64,000 nt of DNA, taken from positions 1 through 64,000 of IMG/VR virus record IMGVR_UViG_3300037483_000361; one strand, 5' to 3'. Shown piece by piece: positions 9,072 to 18,775 of this stretch. This DNA comes from a virus. The translations under genes were made by a program, and so were the position numbers. The notes beneath the pieces were generated by a model, which saw nothing but the letters and a program-made list of their open reading frames with translations, did not search any database and was not told the DNA's origin. Numbering within the stretch: the first letter of the stretch is position 1; every line of letters starts with the position of its first letter.

Positions 9072-9343
9072 TATTGTTTCCTCACTTGACTAAACCAATT
9101 CGACATGTTCAATCGCGCAATTTTGACTTTTTCGGATGCATCTATCAAGGGTCGAAGAAGAAGATTAGGATTGAACGGCTCCATTTTATTTCTTGGAATA
9201 GCTCGAATTTCTTCTTCTACTGTGCTGAGTATATCCTCAACCTTTTGCAAACGCTGCATCATATCACGCACATGAATTGGTGATGTGCCATCTTCATTGA
9301 GAACATGCTTGTTCTCAGTGAGAAACTTTTTGAGGTCGAACAT
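9071..9343 (-). CDS. Small putative internal head protein
   Basis: Leader MFDLKKFLTEN; TAATG coupling with its neighbours. Confidence 0.6.
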   Translation of the reverse strand: MFDLKKFLTENKHVLNEDGTSPIHVRDMMQRLQKVEDILSTVEEEIRAIPRNKMEPFNPNLLLRPLIDASEKVKIARLNMSNWFSQVRKQ

Positions 9344-9927
9344 TACCGAATCTCCACCAAAAAGTCATGGATAAGTGTATCTACTCGTGCCCACGGATTG
9401 CGCTTTGTGGGAATGATGGACTCATTGATGAATGCGCCTTGCGTTGATGGGTTGCTCACCACATCAAAACAGATGAGACTGAAATCCTCTTGAACTTCTA
9501 CCGTATCTTCTCCAAGTTCTTTGATTGAGCCAAGCCCACGGCTTGACACGCCCAAACGAATGTCGTTCTTCAACAGCTCTTTCAAGATGTTGCCCGACGG
9601 CGTAGACAAGATTTCCAGGGTGCCCATAAGATTCTCACCATCAAAATGCATCTCAGTAATGTTATGCGATACATTCTTCAAGTTGACAACAGGACTGTCA
9701 GGATGATCGAGCTCACCGAGCGCCCTACGATCACGGATAAAGTCGGTATACTTCTGTGCCTCACGCTGAAGAATTGAAAGAGGATAGATGCGTCCGTTCT
9801 GATTCTTTGCGTTGGCTCGCTGCAGCACCACATCCCGCAATACTACTGGACCACCCTTAGAAATTGCCTCAGTAATGAATTGACGATTGAAGTGCAATGG
9901 CGTATAGCCGTGCAATAGTTGTGTCAT
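9343..9927 (-). CDS. gp21: Prohead protease, T4 gp21-like
   Basis: NQNGRIYP, ALGELDHP, VSHNI, GVSSRGLGS and DVVSNPS motifs. Start moved to MTQLL (GAGG RBS). Confidence 0.95.
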   Translation of the reverse strand: MTQLLHGYTPLHFNRQFITEAISKGGPVVLRDVVLQRANAKNQNGRIYPLSILQREAQKYTDFIRDRRALGELDHPDSPVVNLKNVSHNITEMHFDGENLMGTLEILSTPSGNILKELLKNDIRLGVSSRGLGSIKELGEDTVEVQEDFSLICFDVVSNPSTQGAFINESIIPTKRNPWARVDTLIHDFLVEIR

Positions 9928-9940
9928 GGTCATCCTCTTG

Positions 9941-10570
9941 TTAGTTGTGCAGAATTCGAAATATGCGCGCGTCATCTGGTCCCGCTATAAGTTCATACAG
10001 AAATCTATTCGTATAGACAACGCTCGTTGCCTTTAACTGCACTGGGCTGAGAGAGTATGATGCGGCCAAGCTCGCCGAAGCAACCGCAGTAGCCCCATAG
10101 GCAATTCCAAAGAATTGGCCATTGTCGGGTGATGCGATGCCTGATACGGTGATCGACGCAGAACCAGATTCGACTGAGCCGCTGAGTAGAGTGAAACTTT
10201 GCGTTAGGGCATAGACTGTATTGCCAAGTGCAGCATCAATGTATACTGGCACGGTGATCGATGCGGTGCCGACTGAACCGGAGGCGGTCTCCCAATTTCC
10301 CGAAGCGGTCAGTGCAAACGATGCGGTAAATGTTCCGCCGCTATGAACCGAGCCGGTGACGGGAGCAGTGGTAACCGCAAAGGTGCCCGGCGTAGCAACA
10401 AGAGCAGTTGGGAACGCGAATGTTTTGGTTCGCGTCTCAATCTGTCCTGTGTTCCAACTGCGGGAACCGAATGTTTGATATCCACCAATTTGTGTGATGG
10501 CACTGGCCGTGACGGTCGCTAATGCAGCAGATAATGCGGTTTCACCAACAACTGTAAGTATTCCACTCAT
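9941..10570 (-). CDS. Ser/Thr/Ala-rich virion protein (possible head decoration)
   Basis: Beta-rich, low-charge sequence with many [ST][GA]S tripeptides, located in the head cluster. Confidence 0.5.
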   Translation of the reverse strand: MSGILTVVGETALSAALATVTASAITQIGGYQTFGSRSWNTGQIETRTKTFAFPTALVATPGTFAVTTAPVTGSVHSGGTFTASFALTASGNWETASGSVGTASITVPVYIDAALGNTVYALTQSFTLLSGSVESGSASITVSGIASPDNGQFFGIAYGATAVASASLAASYSLSPVQLKATSVVYTNRFLYELIAGPDDARIFRILHN

Positions 10571-10571
10571 A

Positions 10572-11327
10572 TTAGCCCCTCATGTTTCGGACAGTCGCCG
10601 CGATGCGATTAATCCGCCCTTCCATTTTCAGGAATGCGTTATTAGTTCGTTGCCACAAACCGCTATTAGGAACGCCCATTTCTTTCTTGAGGCGTGCACT
10701 TCGTTTAATGACTTGTTCCACTTCATGCAATTGCTTGTTGATTTCCGATATTGCCTTACCGATCTTCATTCGGGGTGACGCAGTTTCGTCATTGCGCCAT
10801 GCGTAGTATGGATCACCACCTTCTTGCACAGCCTTCTTGTCAGTTTCTCGGCGAACGCGGTTACTATCTTTCTTTGCATCTGCTTTGCGGCCATAGAACG
10901 CACCCTTGCCTTTCTTTGCGCCGGTATGTTCGGTTTCTTTGGCCTTGCCGGCTTCACTCAATTTACTAAAAACTTGATGAAGTGCTTGTTTTACATCATC
11001 GTAACTTGCATTAGTACTTAACTGTCGCGAACTTGGGTTGATTCCCTTGCTACTAAGGCTAGCCTCATATCCATTATATTGCAGTATCTTCACCAATGCT
11101 TCTGCTCTGTTTCGAGACATGTAAAACAAGTCGATATTACCCTCGCTGATTGTAGTTTTGACAGATTCGTTCGTCGGCTTGCTGCGTGCGCCCTTCTTCT
11201 TTTTCTTGCTCGTCGGGGCGCCTTCGCCCGAAAAAGCATACGGCGTAGCAAAGCCCGACACTGCTCCGGTGCCCGTCATCTCGTCAATCAACTCACGAAT
11301 CATCTCTTTGAGGTTTGATATTTTCAT
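10572..11327 (-). CDS. Putative internal head protein, modular
   Basis: Leader LKEMIRELIDE, then TGAVSGFATPYAF; internal ISEG, LSEA and VQEG sites. Confidence 0.55.
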   Translation of the reverse strand: MKISNLKEMIRELIDEMTGTGAVSGFATPYAFSGEGAPTSKKKKKGARSKPTNESVKTTISEGNIDLFYMSRNRAEALVKILQYNGYEASLSSKGINPSSRQLSTNASYDDVKQALHQVFSKLSEAGKAKETEHTGAKKGKGAFYGRKADAKKDSNRVRRETDKKAVQEGGDPYYAWRNDETASPRMKIGKAISEINKQLHEVEQVIKRSARLKKEMGVPNSGLWQRTNNAFLKMEGRINRIAATVRNMRG

Positions 11328-12205
11328 TAGGCGTCCTGAACAACATCAATTTCTTTGATGATCTCATATGCAATCATGAGCGCCGTGACTTGGTTATCAC
11401 GAACGGTCTTGCCTTTCTTCACCATATCCAACTGATGCAACACTTCTTCTAGCTTGATGCGCACCACCTTGTCGTCAACCCCCTTTAGGCGCGCTCGGAT
11501 TTCTTGTTTAACAATTGGAACCTCAGTATTGATATGGTCCCGCAGTGAATTCGTGTTAGCAACATTATTGATATACTCTCGGAGCAACTTTTTTTGCTTA
11601 TTGTCCAAACTCTTGTACTTCTCGTTAAACCGATCAACGAGAATCTTGTAGCTCAACAACCGGACTTCTTCAGCCTCGGCCTTGTAGCTTTCAATGAGAG
11701 TCGCCTTTTTGCGCTCCTCGGCGTTGTCCTTTGCAGCGATATGTTCGACAATAGTAAACCGGGACTTTGCAAGATCGCTGACATCGCGAGCGTCAAAGTT
11801 ACCGGTGGATTCGCAAACAAACACTTTATAGATTGAAGCAAAAATTTTGTAATCAGGAATCTTAGACGACAAAAAGTCCTTTAATGGATATGCATCCCTA
11901 ACGGCCTTGATTAAGCCGTATTTTTGTTCGTTAAGTTTAGAGTCACGAAGTTTCTTGCGTTGATCCAATACCAGATCAATAAGCTTCAATGCACGAGGTT
12001 CGGACAAATTTGTTGCTTCGAGCAATGCTCGATACAGTTGCAACTCTTTGCCTAACTCCGTGGTTGGCTTAAAATACTCTCTAATAATGTTCAGCGCTGG
12101 CGAATTTTCACGGCCATTCAACGTGTCAGCTGTGACTTGTCTGGTCAGCAACTCGAAAAGTATGCCCGTGTTACGATATTTGGAATGACCAACGGACTTA
12201 CGCAT
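11327..12205 (-). CDS. Conserved helical head-morphogenesis protein
   Basis: HSKYRNTGILFELL N-terminus; lies between portal and protease; GAGGAG RBS. Confidence 0.55.
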   Translation of the reverse strand: MRKSVGHSKYRNTGILFELLTRQVTADTLNGRENSPALNIIREYFKPTTELGKELQLYRALLEATNLSEPRALKLIDLVLDQRKKLRDSKLNEQKYGLIKAVRDAYPLKDFLSSKIPDYKIFASIYKVFVCESTGNFDARDVSDLAKSRFTIVEHIAAKDNAEERKKATLIESYKAEAEEVRLLSYKILVDRFNEKYKSLDNKQKKLLREYINNVANTNSLRDHINTEVPIVKQEIRARLKGVDDKVVRIKLEEVLHQLDMVKKGKTVRDNQVTALMIAYEIIKEIDVVQDA

Positions 12206-12351
12206 AAGTGACTCCTCGACCAATTTTACTTTCGCATGCTGATTTCATAGATTGCTCCAATGGTATATCCGGCGAATCATTAAGTCATTCCCGTATTGTT
12301 ATATACCCTCTCCGATAAGTATAACTCAACTACTTTATAATCACATTATCC

Positions 12352-14271
12352 TTAATTTTCAATGTCGGCGCCTGCTGCGTTCAATCCTTCCTCGTCCATG
12401 TAGCTATTTTTCTTGCTTTCTGCAAGCAGTTGCTCCTCGTTCTTCTTGACTTCGCCGAGCTTCTTCGACAGAGACTTGACAAATTGCTTTAGTTCGAGCG
12501 ATTCACGGGCGAGACCCTTGCGGCGTCTGCCGAGTTCGCCGCCTTCCGGGTCGCGGTGAAGCGCCTTCTGGTTCTCCTTGCGACCGAACGGGTCGCGGCC
12601 GAGGTAGTGTCGGTCAGTCCCGAGTGCCGCACCCTCGCGCGGCCGGCCAACTTTTGCGTCGGCGATGACGCCTTCCTGCTCGGCCTCTGGCTCCGCTTCG
12701 GCCGAAGGGAGCCCAGAGAGGTCCGCCCCACCAGCGGGCTTCTCGTCTGCTCCGTGCTGCTCTTCGCCTGGGACGGCTTCGCCCGGCTGACCCTGCGTGC
12801 CTGCGGCGTTGGCTGGGTCTTCCCCACGCTCAATGGCCTGGAGGCGGAACAACCGCTTCTTGTCTCGAACGACTGCATTGCGCTGCTCTTCAACTTCATC
12901 TTCACTCATACCAAACACATTGTCGTATATCCAATCACTGCTGACCATATTGCTGTTCTGCATTTCGGTAGCAAGGCGAACACGATCCGACCACAACTGA
13001 ATCTTCTCTTGTTCGTAAATGGTCGATGGATTAGTTAAATCAAGACTGAAGTTGACCAACGATTCATCTGTGTGTCCTTGTGCAAACAAATGAATGATGG
13101 CAATCTTGGTTAGCTCTGACAGCACAATGCGCTGAATGCGTTCAATCGTTCGAGCGAACCGAACATCTTCTGCTGCCAATGTTGCTTTGCCGGCGATTTG
13201 CTCCTCATAACCAAGGAATGGGCGAGGCACCTTGAGCGAACCAATCATCTTGTTGCGCAGGTATTCTACGTCCTCAGTAGCATTGAAAGTAAGACCACTG
13301 AGGTTTTCTATCTGTGTGCCCGAGTCCCCACCGCGCACGGGCAGATAGAAGTCTTCAATGACATTCATTAAATTGAATTTGAGGTTGTAATCGCCGGTTT
13401 GTGGATCAATGAGAGGCGTCTTCTGCATCTTCTTGATGAGCCTCTCCATAAATGCATCAACCTCCAACGGCGGAAGGTTGCCAATGTCAACTTTGAAAAT
13501 ACGACGATCTGGCGCGCGCACAAGTCGATGGACCAACATTGCATCTTCCATGAGCTGCAACTGCTTCCATGTTCGACGAGCCGGCTCAATCATTGCCTTA
13601 CCATACGGCAAAAAGTTGCTGTCTGCCAATAGACGAAAATGCGCAATCTCGTAATTTTCAAATCGGTCACGAGGCGTTTGAACGCCTAGTGTCTGGAAAT
13701 AAACTTCATACGGATTCGCTGGATTCTCACCTTCAACTCGAATGGTATCATAGACGGAAAGCGGCAGGACATTGACAATACCATACTTCTCCGTAATCTC
13801 AAGAAACAGGAAGAAGTCTCCATACTTACACATGTTTCGAATCCACGGCCAAAGATTGAACTCAATGTTCAAGATGTCGTAGAAAAGATTGTGTAGAATC
13901 TCACGGATATTTTCGTCAGGAGACTCAATAACAAGAGATTCACCCATTTCAGATTGAATGGTGGTTTCGTCTGAATAAATGTCCAGTGCTGATGCGATGA
14001 TTGCGTCATTGTCCATAATATCATAATCACGGAACAACTGCAATCGGGCTCCCTGATACGCTAGACCATGTTCAGTTCTATTCGCCGTGTGGGGGCCGAA
14101 GTGCTGATAGTGGATTCTGTTGTATCGGTCGTAGAGAGTGCGGCTTGTAAATGCCTGCATACGACTAGTGTCAGCAACTTTGAGTTTGCTGCCGCCGACG
14201 TTGCGCACAATAACGTTTGTGCTGAACAGTCGCTTTAGTCTACGAAATAGGGATGTGCTTGGTGGTGCCAT
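12352..14271 (-). CDS. gp20: Portal protein, T4 gp20-like
   Basis: QLQLMEDAMLVHRLVRAPDRRIFKVDIGNLP, EDFYLPVRGGDSGTQI and LKVP motifs. Confidence 0.96.
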   Translation of the reverse strand: MAPPSTSLFRRLKRLFSTNVIVRNVGGSKLKVADTSRMQAFTSRTLYDRYNRIHYQHFGPHTANRTEHGLAYQGARLQLFRDYDIMDNDAIIASALDIYSDETTIQSEMGESLVIESPDENIREILHNLFYDILNIEFNLWPWIRNMCKYGDFFLFLEITEKYGIVNVLPLSVYDTIRVEGENPANPYEVYFQTLGVQTPRDRFENYEIAHFRLLADSNFLPYGKAMIEPARRTWKQLQLMEDAMLVHRLVRAPDRRIFKVDIGNLPPLEVDAFMERLIKKMQKTPLIDPQTGDYNLKFNLMNVIEDFYLPVRGGDSGTQIENLSGLTFNATEDVEYLRNKMIGSLKVPRPFLGYEEQIAGKATLAAEDVRFARTIERIQRIVLSELTKIAIIHLFAQGHTDESLVNFSLDLTNPSTIYEQEKIQLWSDRVRLATEMQNSNMVSSDWIYDNVFGMSEDEVEEQRNAVVRDKKRLFRLQAIERGEDPANAAGTQGQPGEAVPGEEQHGADEKPAGGADLSGLPSAEAEPEAEQEGVIADAKVGRPREGAALGTDRHYLGRDPFGRKENQKALHRDPEGGELGRRRKGLARESLELKQFVKSLSKKLGEVKKNEEQLLAESKKNSYMDEEGLNAAGADIEN

Positions 14272-14293
14272 GTTTCACCTCTGCGTTGTAACC

Positions 14294-15094
14294 TTACTCG
14301 CCTTCCATTTTCTTGAGACGAGTGTAATAATCTGGTAGTTCTTTAAGATGATCCGATGCGATCAATGCGGTTGCTTCGTTCGGATCAATGGTTGATTGTG
14401 CTTTCTTCAATGTTTCAAGATGTTCTTGTTCCACTTCCATGCCCATACGAAGTTGTTCTACATCAAACTTCGTAAGGCCAAGTTTTTGTGCTACTTGCTG
14501 TGCTACTTCAGAGCTAACAGGCGTGGGCGTGAATACGTCTTCCGTTTTCAATATACGATCTTTGGGGCAATGTCCACAATGCTCACGAATGCGCTTGGGA
14601 ACAAGGTTCGTTAACTTGATCATCTCAGCGATCCCCTTAATGTACGATCCCTCGAAATCATGACCGGCTCGGACGAGATCGTCAATCGGTATCTGAATCC
14701 GAACGACTCTAACCAACATGTTAGGATCGACCGCTTTCATTGCCGCCCAACGATGATGCCCATCCATAATGTGATTGTCTTGATCAACGATGAAGATGTC
14801 GTTCTTGAACTTCTCTACATCCTTCATCATTCCTTTCATTTTGTCTACATTGAACTCATTCTGTGTAGGCTTTAGTGCTTTGATCGGTAATTTTACTGCG
14901 TTGACTGCAACATCGGTGCGATGACTGACGTTGTAATAGTTGCCGCCCGAAGCGCCACCACGAGAGGGGTTACGTTGTTCAGGATAACTGAGTGTTTGAC
15001 AGTATCGTATGAACTCAGGAATTTTATCCTGTGGAATCTGCGGGAGTTGCTTGCGCTTGGCGCCGTCATTACCCGTCTTGACGATGGTTGGCAT
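14294..15094 (-). CDS. ParB/Srx-like domain fused to a DUF5661-like domain
   Basis: LKPTQ...IMDGHHRWAA (ParB/Srx); GMEVEQEH...IASDHLKELPDYYTRL (DUF5661-like). Confidence 0.7.
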   Translation of the reverse strand: MPTIVKTGNDGAKRKQLPQIPQDKIPEFIRYCQTLSYPEQRNPSRGGASGGNYYNVSHRTDVAVNAVKLPIKALKPTQNEFNVDKMKGMMKDVEKFKNDIFIVDQDNHIMDGHHRWAAMKAVDPNMLVRVVRIQIPIDDLVRAGHDFEGSYIKGIAEMIKLTNLVPKRIREHCGHCPKDRILKTEDVFTPTPVSSEVAQQVAQKLGLTKFDVEQLRMGMEVEQEHLETLKKAQSTIDPNEATALIASDHLKELPDYYTRLKKMEGE

Positions 15095-15501
15095 TAGGAG
15101 AGTGACAGCACCACATCATAACTATCAAGGCGAGCATTCGCGGGGCCAGTGCCCTCACACACAACTCTGCCAAATAGAGAATCTTGTTTATCGTTCTGAT
15201 TGATGAAGTCAATCTTAAAAATGTATGTCTTGCGAATAGGAGTGAGAAATCGTGACCCATCAGAATACGTGGTAATGTCCTGATCGTAGAACGCATTTTG
15301 AATGTAAACCTTGATACGTAGCTTTTCTAATTCCTTCCATATAGCTTGCACAGGCTTCCAAAAATCGTCACTAAATTTGCCCTTAGTGAACTTGTCCACT
15401 TTAGAATGAATAAAGTTCTTAGCAGCAGTTTTCGTCTTGCCGTCAATAGGACTGCCTTCGAGTTCTTCTTCATTCAGGACTAGTTTCTTCAAATGTATCA
15501 T
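15094..15501 (-). CDS. Putative internal head protein
   Basis: Leader MIHLKKLVLNEE; TACTTATA at 15528-15535. Confidence 0.55.
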   Translation of the reverse strand: MIHLKKLVLNEEELEGSPIDGKTKTAAKNFIHSKVDKFTKGKFSDDFWKPVQAIWKELEKLRIKVYIQNAFYDQDITTYSDGSRFLTPIRKTYIFKIDFINQNDKQDSLFGRVVCEGTGPANARLDSYDVVLSLS

Positions 15502-15564
15502 CGTATAGCTCCGGTAAACACACCAACTATAAGTAGTTAGTGAAACAGTCTAGTTTGTAAACTT

Positions 15565-17184
15565 TCAATCGAGCAACCACCGGAGATCTTCCGTATCATT
15601 GAGCCGCGTCGGGCCGCCCAACGGCATACGGTAGGGATCATTTACTGGCGATTGCGGCGAATAAATACCCTCATATTGAGTATGATGCGACATGTGATCA
15701 AGTGCTGTGCGCGTAAGCGCATCACTATGCTGCCGCATGCGCAACGCCGTGTCTCGAACCCACAGCGCGATAGACAGTGATATTACCAAGTCATCATTGT
15801 ATCCTTCCATTGCTTCTGAACGACTGCCTTTCCAAATGAAAACTTCTAGTTCTTCCAAAGTGCGTTGAGATTGAACGACAACAGCATTATCACGCATATA
15901 CTCATCCAACTTAGAGATAATAAGCGGCCGAGTACGAACAGATGTAGTAAACCCCGGAACCGATTTTCGCTCAAAGTAACGTCGTTTGGTGGTTCGTTGC
16001 CGTGGGTGCTTTGCATCGACAAAGTGCCAATCCTCTTCCATGTAGAATAGGTTCTTGTACCCTCGATCAATGGCGACTTGAAGAACAGACCAGCCTACCG
16101 TCGAGTTTTCAATAACAAGTAATGCGTCGTTGTATTCTGTGGCGATAGCAACGAGCATGGCACCAAACTCTTTCGTTCCGATCTTACCACGATATTCTGC
16201 CACCTGCGTCACGCTTTCCAATTCAATAACGTGAAATGCAGAATAGTCATTACTATCGCCCCGTGCTACGTCAGCAACTACCATATAGGCTTTGGTGGGA
16301 GTTGCATATTCCCACACCCACAAATTGTTGTCGAAGGCACGTTTTGCGATAGGTGGTTTCTCAAAGGTCTGACGATAGAATTGAATGATATCGCCTGGAA
16401 TGACGGTATTGCCGGAAGCGATGAAGTCGGCATCATGTTCCTGGCGAGCACCAATGTCACCCAATTGCTTGGTTTGTTCATCACGCCATACTTGATCACG
16501 TTCAGGATGAACAGCCCAATTCAAGAAGATTGGAAAAAAGTTATTTTCACCAACGCCAGCTGCGATCCATGTCTTATGGAAAAAGTTACCCATACCATTT
16601 GGCGTGCTAAGAATAATGCCTTTACCACCCGTCGAGAGTGTAGAAAATGCGGCCGTCCAGATGTCCTCGGCCCCATCAATAAACGCCCCCTCGTCAAGAA
16701 TGAGAAGAGAAAGTGACTCGGAACGGCCGGCGTCCGGGCTACTTGCGATAGCTTTGATTTGCGAACCATTGGAAAATGCTAGTGAAAGCTTATTATCTTC
16801 AATACAATCTCCTCGGAGCCATACTGGCAGGTTCTGGTGCATAACTCGAACTTTTGTGACCAAGTTCTTTGCTGTATCTTGTTTTGTAGCGATAACTAGT
16901 ACGTTTTGATCATTCGTAAACAGCATCAGCCATAACGCATACCCAGCCACCAAAGTTGATAGACCAATCTGTCTTGCTTTCAACACAATACTAAATCGAT
17001 GATCGAGGAAACCGTTCAAGGTTTCTTCTTGAAATTTGTACAGATTGAACGGAATTTTGCCGCGCAGAGGATGTTGAATTACGCAATACTTGCGCATGAA
17101 ATAAATCGGGTCAACAATACACTTCTTGTATTCCTTTTTGATAATATCACGCAACTGCGTTGTTTGTGAAGTTGGAGCAGTCAT
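15565..17184 (-). CDS. gp17: Terminase large subunit, T4 gp17-like
   Basis: KARQIGLST Walker A, LLILDE Walker B, STPNG, nuclease DVARG.DYSAF and NDDLV motifs. Confidence 0.96.
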   Translation of the reverse strand: MTAPTSQTTQLRDIIKKEYKKCIVDPIYFMRKYCVIQHPLRGKIPFNLYKFQEETLNGFLDHRFSIVLKARQIGLSTLVAGYALWLMLFTNDQNVLVIATKQDTAKNLVTKVRVMHQNLPVWLRGDCIEDNKLSLAFSNGSQIKAIASSPDAGRSESLSLLILDEGAFIDGAEDIWTAAFSTLSTGGKGIILSTPNGMGNFFHKTWIAAGVGENNFFPIFLNWAVHPERDQVWRDEQTKQLGDIGARQEHDADFIASGNTVIPGDIIQFYRQTFEKPPIAKRAFDNNLWVWEYATPTKAYMVVADVARGDSNDYSAFHVIELESVTQVAEYRGKIGTKEFGAMLVAIATEYNDALLVIENSTVGWSVLQVAIDRGYKNLFYMEEDWHFVDAKHPRQRTTKRRYFERKSVPGFTTSVRTRPLIISKLDEYMRDNAVVVQSQRTLEELEVFIWKGSRSEAMEGYNDDLVISLSIALWVRDTALRMRQHSDALTRTALDHMSHHTQYEGIYSPQSPVNDPYRMPLGGPTRLNDTEDLRWLLD

Positions 17185-17909
17185 TATTTCACCATGTATT
17201 TATTAACCAACGCACTACCAACAACGCCCAATCCTACACCAACAAACAATGACATCTTTCGGCTCGGTAATGGAATGAATAAAAACTTTTCGCGTGGTGG
17301 TGCAGTTGGGATACTACTGACGATAACTTGCAAGGAATCGCCTCGTTCTTGTAGGCTTGCTACAGATTTCTTCAACTCCATAATGCTCGTCAGCCGGAGA
17401 GAATCCCGTTGCTGTAATTCTACTACTTGAACAGAAAGCATATCATTCGTTACACGAAGTAAGTCATTCTCTTCACGAAGACGGAATGTAATATGAATCC
17501 ACGCTGCTGATCCTGGATTCTGTGCAACGACTGTGCTTTCTGGTTGACCGTGTGTTAATGATGCAAACGTCGAGTCGTTTGCTCCATGCACTACCGTAGC
17601 CTGTTGCTTGAGCTTGGCGATGGTGCTGTCACGCTCTGTGATATGTACAGTCAAAATTGCTGCATGTGCGTCGGCCGTGTCTGCCCGAGCGAGCGCTGCA
17701 TTAGCAACTACTTGGAGCGAATCAGCGTGATGCGTCGCGGCCGCAGCCGCGGCTCGGAATTCATCATACTTATGACGCCACCTGTCCATTGCTTTGTCAC
17801 TGGCACAACTCTTGTACGCCATTCCTGCCACCACAACTACTGCTACGGCAAGAACAATCTTTGCCGTGCCATTGAGATTAGTCCAAATGCTGAGTATTTT
17901 GTTGCTCAT
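17184..17909 (-). CDS. Membrane-anchored coiled-coil protein (spanin-like)
   Basis: N-terminal TM, long coiled coil, C-terminal TM. Start moved to MSNKIL to avoid a long overlap. Confidence 0.5.
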   Translation of the reverse strand: MSNKILSIWTNLNGTAKIVLAVAVVVVAGMAYKSCASDKAMDRWRHKYDEFRAAAAAATHHADSLQVVANAALARADTADAHAAILTVHITERDSTIAKLKQQATVVHGANDSTFASLTHGQPESTVVAQNPGSAAWIHITFRLREENDLLRVTNDMLSVQVVELQQRDSLRLTSIMELKKSVASLQERGDSLQVIVSSIPTAPPREKFLFIPLPSRKMSLFVGVGLGVVGSALVNKYMVK

Positions 17910-18531
17910 TAAGTAACTCCTTAAGCCATTCCTCAATTTGTTCAATATACGTTTGTATATCTTGCTTGATTTGTGAGGAATCAATCTTCCACGTTTCGAT
18001 GCGACCGTCGGCAAAATGAATTTCTGGATTACCAATAGCATCTTTGTATGCTGTAAACTCCTGAATGACATCCTTAGCCATCGCGATGGCATTGGCAAGC
18101 ATGCGGCTACGTTCATAGGCTTCCCATGTTCCGGCGAGCCGCATCGTGGTTTCTCCTTCAATGACGCAGCGATGACATTTTCCGTGGAGAATCCACATGC
18201 GATCATCAGCTTTCCCTCGGAGTATGCGTTCGCATTGAGGGCAGAAGAACGGTTTTCTAGCACCAGCTAGTTTGCTGATGGTCTGCTTGATGCCGTGCTT
18301 GATTGTCCATTTCTTGTCATTTTCTTCCCACACATCACCTTCTTTGTGATCAGTAGTAGGAGTGACGTAAGTACTGACTTTGAGTGCTTGATCTTTCTTG
18401 AGAACGCCGCCCATCTTTTCCCGAACGGCACGTAACGCACCCATGCCCTTTTCAAGATCAATCGTATTTCTCTTTGGAAGTGCATCCTCAATTTTCTGAT
18501 TGGGGGTTTCCCACGGTTGATATTCTGCCAT
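17878..18531 (-). CDS. Zinc-finger hypothetical protein upstream of terminase
   Basis: CPQC...CHRC; KEGDVWEENDKKWTIK. Confidence 0.55.
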   Translation of the reverse strand: MAEYQPWETPNQKIEDALPKRNTIDLEKGMGALRAVREKMGGVLKKDQALKVSTYVTPTTDHKEGDVWEENDKKWTIKHGIKQTISKLAGARKPFFCPQCERILRGKADDRMWILHGKCHRCVIEGETTMRLAGTWEAYERSRMLANAIAMAKDVIQEFTAYKDAIGNPEIHFADGRIETWKIDSSQIKQDIQTYIEQIEEWLKELLNEQQNTQHLD

Positions 18532-18544
18532 AACCTATCCTTTC

Positions 18545-18775
18545 TTAGTGTTTCTTAATTTGTGGCCATTCATAAGAGGCGAGCTGCACCAATTTATTGC
18601 TCTTTAAAGTAGATATTTCTATTACATCATCCCCCTTATCTCTAAATGCTCTGGTCACGGTTGCGATCATTCCTTTATATGTCACTTTTTGTCCTATCTT
18701 CAACCCAGCGGTCTTCAAAATACGTACGTCGTCGGCCACTCTGCTCTCCACGATGAACTTTTTGATGTCAAACAT
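18545..18775 (-). CDS. Small putative internal head protein
   Basis: Leader MFDIKKFIVES, nearly identical to that of 9071..9343. Confidence 0.55.
   Translation of the reverse strand: MFDIKKFIVESRVADDVRILKTAGLKIGQKVTYKGMIATVTRAFRDKGDDVIEISTLKSNKLVQLASYEWPQIKKH

Noticed and set aside
12352-17184. Introns or inteins in portal or terminase
   Set aside because: The ORFs are continuous, of expected size, and show no intein motifs.
17910-18263. Long N-terminal extension of ORF 17184..18263
   Set aside because: It overlaps the zinc-finger gene in another frame; MSNKIL at 17909 is the better start.
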